From positions 1-64,000 of the forward strand of contig JBAXAI010000004.1 in assembly GCA_037142615.1 (NCBI GenBank): DNA of 64,000 nt, given 5' to 3'. A program made the position numbers and the translations under genes. The first letter of the stretch is position 1. Every line of letters begins with the position of its first letter. This stretch comes from Spirochaetales bacterium. Its GTDB lineage: Bacteria; Spirochaetota; Spirochaetia; JABEVK01. Of the stretch, positions 38,609-48,366 are shown piece after piece. The notes beneath the pieces are model-generated. The model saw only the letters and a list, made by a program, of their open reading frames with translations, was not told the DNA's origin and searched no databases.

Positions 38609-39556
38609 TCACTCCTGATAGGGCAAGAGGTGTCGGCTGGCAAAGATCTTGGGCCCCGAGATGACGAAGATTCGCTCGGTTCCCGCCTCGATGATGCCCA
38701 AAAGGTAGTCGGCAAGTTCGCCCGAAAAGATATGGTCCACATTCTGGATCTGGCTGCGCAGGAACTTCTGCTTCTTCGAAATCGAGTCGATGCAAAGGGC
38801 CAGGTCCTGCTCCTCGTGCTGCAGCAAAATGTACTGGTTCTTTTCTTCCATCTTGCGGCTCGAAAGCCCGATCGCCTCCGAGATATCCACGCAGGCGATG
38901 ATCTGGCCACGCAGGTTGATGAGCCCGCGCAGAAAGCTGTTGGTTTGAAACAGTGGCTCGACGCTGTAGCCCGAAACCACCTCGATCAGATCGGTGATCG
39001 GGATCCCGAACCGGTGGTGGTCGATGCCAAAACAGACCATCTCGATTTCGTCCTTGGGGTCCACATGTTCTTCTTCCGGATGGAGTTGGGTGTCTTGCCC
39101 CTGCAGCTGAACGTGGATGTTGTTTTCGACGAACGACTTCAGGTAGTGCAAATTGAGGCGGTTCAGGGCCTTCCCCCGGTAACGGAACACCTGGTCGACC
39201 AGTTGCCCCGAGACTTCGGGCAACGGAGGAGTTTCTTCGGCCCCCTCTGCAGTCTCCAGGACCAAGGATTCGACAAAACGGTCGATCAGGACGGCAAAGA
39301 GCCGCGACTCGCACTCCAGCACCATCAAAGTATGCGGTCCGGCGGCTTCGCTCGGAGGCCGACTTCCGCCGGCCGCGTGAATATCAATCACCGGGCATAG
39401 GGTCTGGCGAAAGTCCAGATACCCCAGGAACCCCGACGTGAGGACCGGAGCCAGTACCAGTGTGGGCGTCCGAATCACCTCGCGGACGTGGTCGATCTGG
39501 ACGCAATAGTGAAACTCGTCCTTGGTGAAAACGGAATAGTGGCTACCGGTATCCAT
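38609..39556 (-). CDS. cheW: tandem CheW-domain protein
   Basis: Two CheW repeats (GYLDFR..CPVID; GLINLRGQIIACVD). Confidence 0.88.
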   Translation of the reverse strand: MDTGSHYSVFTKDEFHYCVQIDHVREVIRTPTLVLAPVLTSGFLGYLDFRQTLCPVIDIHAAGGSRPPSEAAGPHTLMVLECESRLFAVLIDRFVESLVLETAEGAEETPPLPEVSGQLVDQVFRYRGKALNRLNLHYLKSFVENNIHVQLQGQDTQLHPEEEHVDPKDEIEMVCFGIDHHRFGIPITDLIEVVSGYSVEPLFQTNSFLRGLINLRGQIIACVDISEAIGLSSRKMEEKNQYILLQHEEQDLALCIDSISKKQKFLRSQIQNVDHIFSGELADYLLGIIEAGTERIFVISGPKIFASRHLLPYQE

Positions 39557-39579
39557 GGGGGGCCTCTTTTACCGACGGT

Positions 39580-41325
39580 TCAAAAGTCTTCGTCCGCGGC
39601 CTCGCCTTTGCTGCCAGCCGAGCTCAGCGACTTGCGCCGGGAGGGCGGTGACGACAACCGCTCCGTCTGCCGATGCGAGGCCGAGGAAAGTTGCAGCGGT
39701 CGGTCTTCCTTGTGCACCCGGAAGAAGCTCAACGTTTCTTGGAGCAACTGAAGCTGGGCCAAGGAGTCTTTGGCGATGGCGGCCAACTCGACACCGACAC
39801 CGGCGTTGCTCTGCACGCCTTCATCCAGTTGCTGGATGGCTGAGTTGATCTGGTGCACTCCCGTGCTCTGTTCGGCCGAGGCTTCCGAGATTTGCTGCAC
39901 CAGGTCGGCGGTGCGTTGAATATCGGGGGTCAACTTGATCAGTTTTTGCCCGGCAAGTTCGGAAATCTGCATGCACGACGCCGTGAGGTTGGTGATTTCG
40001 ACCGCCGCAGCCTCGCTGCGCTCGGCCAGCTTTTGCACTTCGGAGGCGACCACTGCAAAACCCCGGCCCTGTTCGCCGGCTCGTGCCGCTTCGATCGCCG
40101 CGTTGATGGCCAACAAGTTCGTCTGGCCGGCGATGTCCTGGATGACCGAGATCTTGGCGGCGATTTCTTTCATCGCCTTCACCGTATTGCTCACCGACTC
40201 GCCGGAGTCTTTGGTGTCCATGGTGGCTTGAATGGCAATTCTTTCGGTGCTGATGGCGTTGTCGGCGTTTTGTTGAATGCTGACCGAGATCTCTTCCATT
40301 GCGGCAGCCACTTCTTCGAGCGAAGCCGCCTGCGAACTGGTGCTCAGCGACATTTCCTGCGCAGAGGTGGTCATTTGCCGCGCTCCGGTCGAGATGCTGT
40401 CGACAGCCGTGCCCAACTCGCCGATGATGCGGGTCAGCGACTCCTTCATCCGGGCCAAGGACATCCCCAGCACGTCGCGGTCGTTGAGCGGTTTGATTTC
40501 GAGCAGCAACGAGCCTTTGGAAATCGTTTCCAGCGATTCGGCCCGGTCGCGCAGCGTCACCATCATCTGGTCCATCGCGGTGGCCAACTGGCCCAGTTCG
40601 TCCTTGCGTTTGAGGTCTTTCGGGCGCAAGGTGTGGTCCAGGTCTCCTGCCGCGACCTTGGCGGCGAGGTCCACCGAGCTTCGCAGCGGACCAGAAATCG
40701 AGAAGGCGAGCAGGAAAGCCAAGAGCAGCGAAAGCACCACACCCACCACCATGATCACCGTCAGCAAGACGACCGAGCCCTGAACGTCGAGCTCGCTTTG
40801 TTTGAAAAGGCCTTCCACCTCGCTCACCGTCGAGGTGGTCATCGTACCGAGACTCGCGAGCAAGTCGGTTTTGGCCGCCAGCAACTCCGGCGACTTGAGA
40901 AACGCGACAAAAGCCGGAGTCTTGCCCACCAGCCCCAGACTCATGGCTTTGTCGCAAGCCTGAAACCACGCTACCGACGCCTTTTGCCAGGCTTCGAAGT
41001 TCTTCTGGTCTTGCGGGCTGCTGAAACCCGTGCTGTAGTTCTTGAGCACTTCCACGCAGATCGCCGAGGAATCGTCATAGCTTCGCTTCAAGGCCTCGTC
41101 TTCGGCCAACACCGAAGTGAGGGCCATGTCGCGGACCTGCTGGTTGACCTCGCTGAGGCCATCGGTGTACTTCAGGACCATCAACAGGCTTTGGGTCCCG
41201 TTGTTGTACGAGTCGTCGACCGCCTTGAGGGCCTTTTGAAGGCTGATGATCCCCAGGGCCCCCATCAACAGACCGACCAGGGCGACCCCCACAAAGCCTG
41301 AAATGAGTTTCACACGAATGGACAT
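39580..41325 (-). CDS. methyl-accepting chemotaxis protein (four-helix-bundle sensor)
   Basis: 2 [33 protein letters not shown]. Confidence 0.95.
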   Translation of the reverse strand: MSIRVKLISGFVGVALVGLLMGALGIISLQKALKAVDDSYNNGTQSLLMVLKYTDGLSEVNQQVRDMALTSVLAEDEALKRSYDDSSAICVEVLKNYSTGFSSPQDQKNFEAWQKASVAWFQACDKAMSLGLVGKTPAFVAFLKSPELLAAKTDLLASLGTMTTSTVSEVEGLFKQSELDVQGSVVLLTVIMVVGVVLSLLLAFLLAFSISGPLRSSVDLAAKVAAGDLDHTLRPKDLKRKDELGQLATAMDQMMVTLRDRAESLETISKGSLLLEIKPLNDRDVLGMSLARMKESLTRIIGELGTAVDSISTGARQMTTSAQEMSLSTSSQAASLEEVAAAMEEISVSIQQNADNAISTERIAIQATMDTKDSGESVSNTVKAMKEIAAKISVIQDIAGQTNLLAINAAIEAARAGEQGRGFAVVASEVQKLAERSEAAAVEITNLTASCMQISELAGQKLIKLTPDIQRTADLVQQISEASAEQSTGVHQINSAIQQLDEGVQSNAGVGVELAAIAKDSLAQLQLLQETLSFFRVHKEDRPLQLSSASHRQTERLSSPPSRRKSLSSAGSKGEAADEDF

Positions 41326-41492
41326 GAGTTCTCCTCCACAGCGAAGGCTGTAGTTTGAAGTTTAGGCCTATGAAAACGAATAGTCTAGAGATTTTGGAAA
41401 AAAGGTTGATGAATCCCGGCTCCGGTGACGGAACTAAACAATATTGACTGGCATAAACTTCTGATCGATCCTTAGGAGTGCGGAGGCCACCC

Positions 41493-43496
41493 ATGGCGCG
41501 TTCAGTTCTTGCGGGGTTCAAGCACATTTCCACCAAGTTGCAGTTGATTTTCGGGGGGCTGATTCTTTTGGCCCTCGTCGCTCTCGGTGCCGTGGTGTTC
41601 AGCTTTCTTTCGGCCAACCTGGCGGCTCGCGGTAGTTGGGAACTGGGGGTGAATACCCAGATCATCGCGGCGATGACCGAACACCAGATCAACAAGTCAA
41701 TTGAACAGGGCCTGACAAAACACGCCCAGGACGCGGCGGCGGTTGCCCAGTTTCTGTACCAAAAGGCGCTGGATGGAACCCTCAAAGAGCCCGCAGCCCG
41801 CGAATTGTTCACCCAGTTCATTCTGAAGTCCAACATGTCGAAGATCGGCGACACCGGGTATTTGGCGGCGATCAACAGCAACGGCATCGCGGTGGTTCAT
41901 CCGACGAGCCCGGGCAAGGACTTCAGCACCTACGAGTTCATGCAAAGGGCCCTCAAGCAGAAGAACGGAATCATTTCGTACATGCTCAAGGGGGCCAACG
42001 ACACCGAGGAACGCCAAAAGGTAGGCGGCATGGCCTATTTTGAGCCTTGGGACATGATTATCTGGGCCTCGTCGTACCAGTCGGAGTTCACCAACCTTCT
42101 CGACGTTCCCTCGCTGACAAAAATGCTTTCTGAGGTGGCCAAGGAGCAGAAGGTCGAAATCTTCGTCGTGACCAAGGATGGCAAGGCGATCCTGAACCCC
42201 TACCAGAGCAAGCCTCAGATGCTCGAAGCCGTCGATGCCCAAGGTGTACCGTGGGTTCGGCACCTGCTCGAAAACCCTGCGGGAGTGAGCCTTTTTGAGC
42301 CGCTTGATCCGGCGGGCAAACCCCTGGGCCAACGGACGGCCCAATCCGCGAAGCTCGACCTGCTCCCCTGGGTCATCGTCGTCGCTGTGCCCTCGGTGAC
42401 CATTTCGGAGGCGGCCACGACCTCGCTCCTGATCATCATCATCGCCTCGGTGGTGCTTTTTGTGCTGTTCGTTCTGATTACCAACCGGGTGACCCGCAGC
42501 CTGACGCTGCCCATCACCAACACGCAGGCGCTGCTTTCGAAGGCCCTGGCCGGCGATCTGGCCAAGAGAATCCAGATCGAGAGCGCCGATGAGGTGGGCC
42601 AGATGGGTCAGCACTTCAACGAATTGCTGGCCATGTTGTCGGACCTCATCCAGCAAATCCAGTCCAACTCCACCGAGATCACCGACATGGTGCAGGGTCT
42701 GTCGGCCTCGACCCAGGAGATCAGCGCCACCGCCAACGAGCAGGCAGCGGCCGTCAAGGAAATTGTTTCCACCATTGAAGATACCAATCATCTGGCCAAG
42801 AACATCTCGACCCGGGTCGAGGAAGTGAGCCGCATCGCCACCGACACCAAGGGCAATGTCGAAGAAGGCTTCACCGCTGTGCGCGACAACATCTCCAAGA
42901 TGAACGAGATCCACGACGCCAACGGCAAGACCATTTCGGGTATCAACTACCTCAGCGACAAGATCAAGAACATCTGGGACATCGTGAACATCATCAACAG
43001 CATCGCCGACCAGACCAAGATCATCGCCTTCAACGCCGAACTCGAAGCCTCGAGCGCCGGCGAAGCGGGTAAAAACTTCCAGATCGTCGCCTCCGAGATC
43101 CGCCGTTTGGCCGACAGCACCGTCACCTCGACCAACGAGATCAAGATCCGCATTCAGGAAATTGAACGCAGCAGCGACGCCCTGTTGCTGTCGAGCGAGC
43201 AGGGGACCCTGCAAATTGTTCAAGGCAAGGACCTTTCGCAGCGCATGAACAAACTTTTCGGCGACATCGCCCTGAGTTCCGAAGTCAGCAGCAGTTCGAC
43301 CCAGCAGATCGCCGTGTCGATCCGGCAGCAGGTGAGCAGTTTTGAGCAGATTCTCATCGCCATCAAGCAGATTTCGCAGGGGGTCGACAACTTCGTCGTG
43401 GCCACCAAATCGACTTCGGGCACCACCGAAAACCTGCGCAAGATGGCCAACAAGCTGTCGGCCATGCTCGGCAAGTTCGACATGGGGCAAGGCTGA
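41493..43496 (+). CDS. methyl-accepting chemotaxis protein (Cache sensor, divergent tip)
   Basis: 2 TM, Cache-like region, HAMP, QTKIIAFNAELEASSAGEAGKNFQIVA. Confidence 0.93.
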   Translation: MARSVLAGFKHISTKLQLIFGGLILLALVALGAVVFSFLSANLAARGSWELGVNTQIIAAMTEHQINKSIEQGLTKHAQDAAAVAQFLYQKALDGTLKEPAARELFTQFILKSNMSKIGDTGYLAAINSNGIAVVHPTSPGKDFSTYEFMQRALKQKNGIISYMLKGANDTEERQKVGGMAYFEPWDMIIWASSYQSEFTNLLDVPSLTKMLSEVAKEQKVEIFVVTKDGKAILNPYQSKPQMLEAVDAQGVPWVRHLLENPAGVSLFEPLDPAGKPLGQRTAQSAKLDLLPWVIVVAVPSVTISEAATTSLLIIIIASVVLFVLFVLITNRVTRSLTLPITNTQALLSKALAGDLAKRIQIESADEVGQMGQHFNELLAMLSDLIQQIQSNSTEITDMVQGLSASTQEISATANEQAAAVKEIVSTIEDTNHLAKNISTRVEEVSRIATDTKGNVEEGFTAVRDNISKMNEIHDANGKTISGINYLSDKIKNIWDIVNIINSIADQTKIIAFNAELEASSAGEAGKNFQIVASEIRRLADSTVTSTNEIKIRIQEIERSSDALLLSSEQGTLQIVQGKDLSQRMNKLFGDIALSSEVSSSSTQQIAVSIRQQVSSFEQILIAIKQISQGVDNFVVATKSTSGTTENLRKMANKLSAMLGKFDMGQG

Positions 43497-43501
43497 CGGC
43501 C

Positions 43502-44011
43502 ATGGACTCCACCGAGATTCTCGAAGGGATCGAGCGGTCTCAAGACCTCGGAGGGCAGGGCACAGTCGTGGCCTCAAGCGACACCAAGTACATCATCTTC
43601 ACGGCAGGGGCCAAGCTCTACGCCTTGCTCGCTGACGACGTTCAGGAAATCATGCTGGGTTCCGAGATCCACTACCTGCCCTTTTTGCCAAGGTTTGTCC
43701 GTGGTTTGATCAACCGCCTCGGAGAACCGCTCACCGTGCTGGATCTCGAGTGCCTTCTCCAGGGACAACCGTTGCAGGGCAAGGCGTTCATCATCCTCAA
43801 GCCCCACCTTTCGAAGATGGCCCTGCTCATCGATGCGGTGCAGGACATCAGTCGGGTTCCCTCGCTGTCTATCCGCACCGTTTCGGAAGGCAGCCAGGGC
43901 CAGGACGCGTTTGTCGATGGCGTCTTCAGCCGCAAGGACGGCGATGTGACCCTTCTGTCGCTGCCCCACATCATTGCTGCGGTTCGGAAGGCCGTCGATG
44001 CTGCGAGCTGA
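43502..44011 (+). CDS. cheW: CheW
   Basis: LPFLPRFVRGLINRLGEPLTVLDL. Confidence 0.85.
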   Translation: MDSTEILEGIERSQDLGGQGTVVASSDTKYIIFTAGAKLYALLADDVQEIMLGSEIHYLPFLPRFVRGLINRLGEPLTVLDLECLLQGQPLQGKAFIILKPHLSKMALLIDAVQDISRVPSLSIRTVSEGSQGQDAFVDGVFSRKDGDVTLLSLPHIIAAVRKAVDAAS

Positions 44012-44528
44012 CTTTTTGGTGCTGCATTACGGGACTTTCGACCTCCTCTTTGCCCGGGACACGCTCTACGCTTCGACCTTTCGAAAGCCTTGCGAGGGAG
44101 TGACGGGCCGAGCCCGCGTGTCGTTTGGGCAGAAGGCCATCCTCGATATTGACCTTGATTCCTACGTGCGGCACCTGTTTCCTTCGGCCAGCGCGAGCCC
44201 GCCCCACCTGGGTGCCGTCTGCAAGGCCGCCGATCTGGCGGGTGGGAGCGACCAACTCGAGGGCGAGGAGCTTTTTTCGTTGGCCATTCCTTCGGATTCG
44301 GAAGTGCGGGCCTTGGAACTGTCGGAGTTCCGGCCCCTCCCGTTTCACCTGCGCCCTTGCCTCGACCGTCACGGCCTGCGGGCCCTTCGCTTTGAAGGGA
44401 GCCTGATTCAGTTCTTCTGCGACGCCGGAGTCTTTATTCCCGGGTGTCTGGCCTTTCATCAGTACAAAGGAGATAACGATGACCGTTCTGGTAGTTTCCC
44501 CGTCGGCTCTGCTACGCTCCACGCTTAA
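43998..44528 (+). CDS. hypothetical protein, possibly degenerate CheW-like
   Basis: ORF fills the cheW-cheB gap; weak CheW-like pattern. Confidence 0.5.
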   Translation: MLRADFLVLHYGTFDLLFARDTLYASTFRKPCEGVTGRARVSFGQKAILDIDLDSYVRHLFPSASASPPHLGAVCKAADLAGGSDQLEGEELFSLAIPSDSEVRALELSEFRPLPFHLRPCLDRHGLRALRFEGSLIQFFCDAGVFIPGCLAFHQYKGDNDDRSGSFPVGSATLHA

Positions 44529-45450
44529 AGAACTTCTGGGCCAGGTGGCAGGGGTCGATGCGGTGAGGGAGTTGGGCTCCGAGCTCCAGTTGGAATCGAC
44601 TCTCGGCCAATACGACCCCGCCCTAGTTCTCGTCGACGAAGCGCTGAACCTCAACCTGGCGCAGGTTGGCGGAGTATCTGGCACCGCGCCGGTCGTGATC
44701 CTCCTTCAAGGTCCCTCAACGCCGTCGCGAGCGCGGGCGTTGGCCAAACCCGATTTTGCCAGCGCGAGCCAAACCGACCTGAAAAAGACCTTTCTGCCCC
44801 TCCTGAGCGAGCTGGTGGTGGCTGCCGACGAAAAGCGTCAGCGAGGGGCCAACCCGCGCAACGGGGGCTCGACGGGGGCGTTTTCCCTGCTCGTGATCGG
44901 GGCTTCCACCGGCGGACCGGCTGCTGTCCGGACGGTCTTGTCCCATTTCGGCCCCGATTTTCCTTACCCGATAGCGTTGGTGCAGCACATCGATACCGGC
45001 TACGACGAGGGCTACGCCGCGTGGCTGGCACAAAACACCCGGCTGAAGGTGCGTTTGGCGCACGAAAACGACAGACCGTTGCCTGGCGAGGTGATCGTCG
45101 GGCCCAACGACGTGCACCTGGTTTGCCAAGGCGAAACCTTTGGCCTCGACGATGGCCCCAAGGTCCTTAGCCAGAAGCCCGCTGTGGACCGGTTGTTTTC
45201 CAGCGTGGCCCGCTACCATGGGGCGGGGGTTCTCGCGGTGCTTCTCACCGGAATCGGCTCGGATGGAGCCAACGGTTGCCTCGACATCGTGAAAGCCGGG
45301 GGCGTCACGATCGCCCAGGACGAAGCCACTTCGACCGTGTACGGCATGCCCCGGGCCGCCGCCGAGTTGGGGGCCGCCACCTACGTCTTGGGCCTCGACG
45401 CCATCGGCCCGGCGGTCCTGGAGCTGATCGCCAAGCGGCAACCATTGTGA
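44479..45450 (+). CDS. cheB: CheB methylesterase with degenerate receiver
   Basis: GASTGG, VQH, LTGIGSDGA, STVYGMP. Confidence 0.92.
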   Translation: MTVLVVSPSALLRSTLKELLGQVAGVDAVRELGSELQLESTLGQYDPALVLVDEALNLNLAQVGGVSGTAPVVILLQGPSTPSRARALAKPDFASASQTDLKKTFLPLLSELVVAADEKRQRGANPRNGGSTGAFSLLVIGASTGGPAAVRTVLSHFGPDFPYPIALVQHIDTGYDEGYAAWLAQNTRLKVRLAHENDRPLPGEVIVGPNDVHLVCQGETFGLDDGPKVLSQKPAVDRLFSSVARYHGAGVLAVLLTGIGSDGANGCLDIVKAGGVTIAQDEATSTVYGMPRAAAELGAATYVLGLDAIGPAVLELIAKRQPL

Positions 45451-46286
45451 TCGGCGAGCAGCGGCTCGAAGAACTGCGCCACTACCTCGAGCACCGGCTG
45501 TCGCTGGTGGTCCCCGAGACCAACTTTTCGCGGTTGGCCGAGTTCGTCGGCGAGCGCCTGGCCGCCCGGGTTTGTTCGTTCGCCGAGTACCTGGAGTACC
45601 TGGCGATCGACGCGGCCGAAATGGACCTGCTCATCCAGGTCTCCACCATTGGCGAGACCTACTTCTTCCGTGACGAAGACCACTTCACCTTGTTGCAACA
45701 GCAAATCCTGCCTTTCTTTGCCTCCCAGGGGCATACCCCCCTCGCTTGGAGCGCCGCCGCCTCCACCGGTGAAGAGGCTTTGTCGCTCGCCGCCCTTTAC
45801 GCCGACTTTTTCGGCAGTACCCTGCCTTTGGGGGGCAAAATCTGGGCCTCCGACATCAACAACCTCGCGCTCGAATCCCTCGTGTCGGGCTCGTATTCCT
45901 TCCGGTCCCTTCGCGACGACGGAAGCCGGTTTCACCCGCTCTTGGAACCCTGGCTTACTCGCGGCACAGACCATCTCCAGGTCGATTCGCGCCTCAACAG
46001 TCAAGTCCAAGCTCGGCATATCAACCTGATGACCGACAGCTTCGAGAGCATCCCTGGCCGCGTTGATATTCTGTTTCTGAAGAACATGCTGATTTACTTC
46101 CCGCTGGAACGTCGAAAGGCCATTTACCGCAAGGTGAGCGAAAAGCTCTCGCCGGAGGGGTTCTTGATACTCGGGAAGTCCGAAGTCCCCTTTTTCGAGG
46201 ATCCCGGGCTGAAACTCCTGGAACACGGAGGACTGTTCTTCTTTGTCGCCAAGACCTCGTCCTTCGAGGCAAGGAGCCTGCCGTGA
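45447..46286 (+). CDS. cheR: CheR methyltransferase
   Basis: IGETYFFRD, WSAAASTGEE, ASDI, KNMLIYF; GTG start overlapping cheB stop. Confidence 0.9.
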   Translation: MIGEQRLEELRHYLEHRLSLVVPETNFSRLAEFVGERLAARVCSFAEYLEYLAIDAAEMDLLIQVSTIGETYFFRDEDHFTLLQQQILPFFASQGHTPLAWSAAASTGEEALSLAALYADFFGSTLPLGGKIWASDINNLALESLVSGSYSFRSLRDDGSRFHPLLEPWLTRGTDHLQVDSRLNSQVQARHINLMTDSFESIPGRVDILFLKNMLIYFPLERRKAIYRKVSEKLSPEGFLILGKSEVPFFEDPGLKLLEHGGLFFFVAKTSSFEARSLP

Positions 46287-48364
46287 TCTCGACGGAACTT
46301 CTGAGTTTGTTCCAGACCCAAACCCGCGCTACCCTTGTAACGCTTCGCGCACTTCTGGTGCAGGCCCTTCGCAACGCCGACGACGAGATCCTCTGGATAC
46401 GGCTGCGGCGCCTGCTCGAAGCGCTGGCTGCCGACGCCCAGGCTGCCGAAAACACCGGTTTGGCCACGTTGGCAACCGCGATGAACCAGATTCCTACCGG
46501 ACTCCTCGAGGGGCGGTATTCGTTCGGCCCGCTCTACGTCAAGCTTTTGATGCTGCTCGCCGAGCACCTCGAAGACCTTCTGGGTGCCGTGTCGCAAACC
46601 ACCACCGAAAGGCTCGTCACCCTGTGCGACCTGTGCAACCGGGCCTACAACCGCGAGTCGTTTTCGCTCAAGGGGTTCTCGCTGGCCGAAATGCTGCAGC
46701 AAAAGCTGGCGCCGGAGGCCGCCAAGCTCGAGGCCAAGGGTGAGGAGTCGGTCCAAGTGAGCCTCGAGACGGTGGAACGCCTGGGTGAGAGGCTTAATTC
46801 GGTGATCGTGCACCAGTTCCAGCTCAAAAAGAACGGCGACGGCCTCTCGCTGGTCGAAGAAGCCGTGCGTGACCTCCTCGGGGGGTTGGCCGCCGGAGAA
46901 GCGGGGCCCAAAACGCGGCAGCGGGCCGAAACCGTTTTGAAGGACCTGCAGACTCTGGGAACCGGCCTCAAGGAAGACCTGCTGGCGGTGGACCGCTCGT
47001 CGTTTGGACTGCAGGAAGAGATTGCCCGGCTGCGCATGTTGCCCTTCCAGGTGATCTGCGAGCGATTGTCGGCGCACGCCCGCAAGCAGGCCCAGGGGGC
47101 TGGCAAAACCGTTGAGTTAGGCGTTCAGGGCCAAGACACCCTGCTCGACAAATCGATTCTCGAGCTGGTTTTGGTCCCGCTGTCGGAACTGCTTTCGAAC
47201 GCGGTGGCCCACGGAATCGGGCCCGGTGGCGACGGACAGGTGAAACTCGAGTGCTCGAGCGACGGCACCTCGATCCGCATCGCCGTGGTCGATCACGGTC
47301 CCGGGGTTGACTTCGAAGCGCTCCGCACGGCGGCTTTGGCGGCTTTCCCGTTGGAGCGTGCCGAAATCCTGGCCATGGGCGCCGAGCAGTTGACGAGGTT
47401 CCTGTTCGAGCCGGGCCTGGGAAACCGAACCGGGCTCGCCGCTGTCAAAGAAGCTCTCGACGCCATGCAGGGCAAAATCACCGTGGAATCGCCAACGGGA
47501 GCCGGTACGACGGTCGTGCTGCAAATCCCGGCTTCCGTGTCGCTGGTGAGCGGTTTTTTTGTCCGGGCCGGGGGCGAGAGGTTCTTCATTCCCGCCGTGT
47601 ACGTGCGCGAAGTGGTCATTTTTCAGCGCAGCCAACTGGTCAGTTTGCCGGGAGGACCCGTCTACCCGCTGCGGCAGGAAATGGTGCCCGTTGTTCCCCT
47701 GGCGAACGTGTTCGAAGGCAAGGAGGCCCTGCGCAAAGAGGTCGAGCAGATGGCCGTCATTTCGCTGCTAGGCGAAACCTGGGGCCTCATTCTCGACACG
47801 ATTGTGCGCCACGCGACCCTGGGCTACAAACCGCTTCCCGACAACCTTTCGTCGCTCAAGGAGGTGCAGGGCCTCGTCTACGACGAAAAGTTCAACCTGG
47901 TGCCCATCCTGAGCATCCCGGCGATCATCATCCAGATCCGACGCCTGCGCTCGATCGAGTTTCGCCAGCGCTACCAAAGAGCCGACGTTTCGGGGCGCAA
48001 TATCCTCTTGGTGGATGACAGCCTGGTCTCCCGCCAGACCTTGGGGCGCATCCTGACCGACGGAGGTTTCACCGTCGAGGTGGCCGAAGACGGTATCGCG
48101 GCGCTCGAATTGCTGCACCACAAATACTTCCATCTGGTGATCACCGACGACGAAATGCCACGGATGGATGGCCTGACTCTGGTCGAGAATCTGCGCAAAG
48201 AACCCGAGTACGTCGAAGTGCCCGTCATCGTCCTGGTCGCCGAACGCGACGGTGAGGCCGAAGGCCGGTTCCGCAACGCTGGCATCCGCGACTTTTCCCT
48301 CAAGTCCGACTTCGACCGCCACGCCTTGCTGCGCGACATCCGTCGGCTCTTGGCGCGGGGCTAG
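46283..48364 (+). CDS. CheA-like hybrid protein lacking the Hpt histidine
   Basis: LRMLPF, LLDKSILE, NAVAHGI, DHGPG, CheW and REC present; Hpt helix reads LRRLLEALAADA. Confidence 0.85.
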   Translation: MISTELLSLFQTQTRATLVTLRALLVQALRNADDEILWIRLRRLLEALAADAQAAENTGLATLATAMNQIPTGLLEGRYSFGPLYVKLLMLLAEHLEDLLGAVSQTTTERLVTLCDLCNRAYNRESFSLKGFSLAEMLQQKLAPEAAKLEAKGEESVQVSLETVERLGERLNSVIVHQFQLKKNGDGLSLVEEAVRDLLGGLAAGEAGPKTRQRAETVLKDLQTLGTGLKEDLLAVDRSSFGLQEEIARLRMLPFQVICERLSAHARKQAQGAGKTVELGVQGQDTLLDKSILELVLVPLSELLSNAVAHGIGPGGDGQVKLECSSDGTSIRIAVVDHGPGVDFEALRTAALAAFPLERAEILAMGAEQLTRFLFEPGLGNRTGLAAVKEALDAMQGKITVESPTGAGTTVVLQIPASVSLVSGFFVRAGGERFFIPAVYVREVVIFQRSQLVSLPGGPVYPLRQEMVPVVPLANVFEGKEALRKEVEQMAVISLLGETWGLILDTIVRHATLGYKPLPDNLSSLKEVQGLVYDEKFNLVPILSIPAIIIQIRRLRSIEFRQRYQRADVSGRNILLVDDSLVSRQTLGRILTDGGFTVEVAEDGIAALELLHHKYFHLVITDDEMPRMDGLTLVENLRKEPEYVEVPVIVLVAERDGEAEGRFRNAGIRDFSLKSDFDRHALLRDIRRLLARG

Positions 48365-48366
48365 CG

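Noticed and set aside
35658-39314. 1218-aa ORF as a single giant CheA
   Set aside because: The N-terminal 236 aa overlap the cheW gene in another frame and look non-protein-like; the SD-supported start is 38606.
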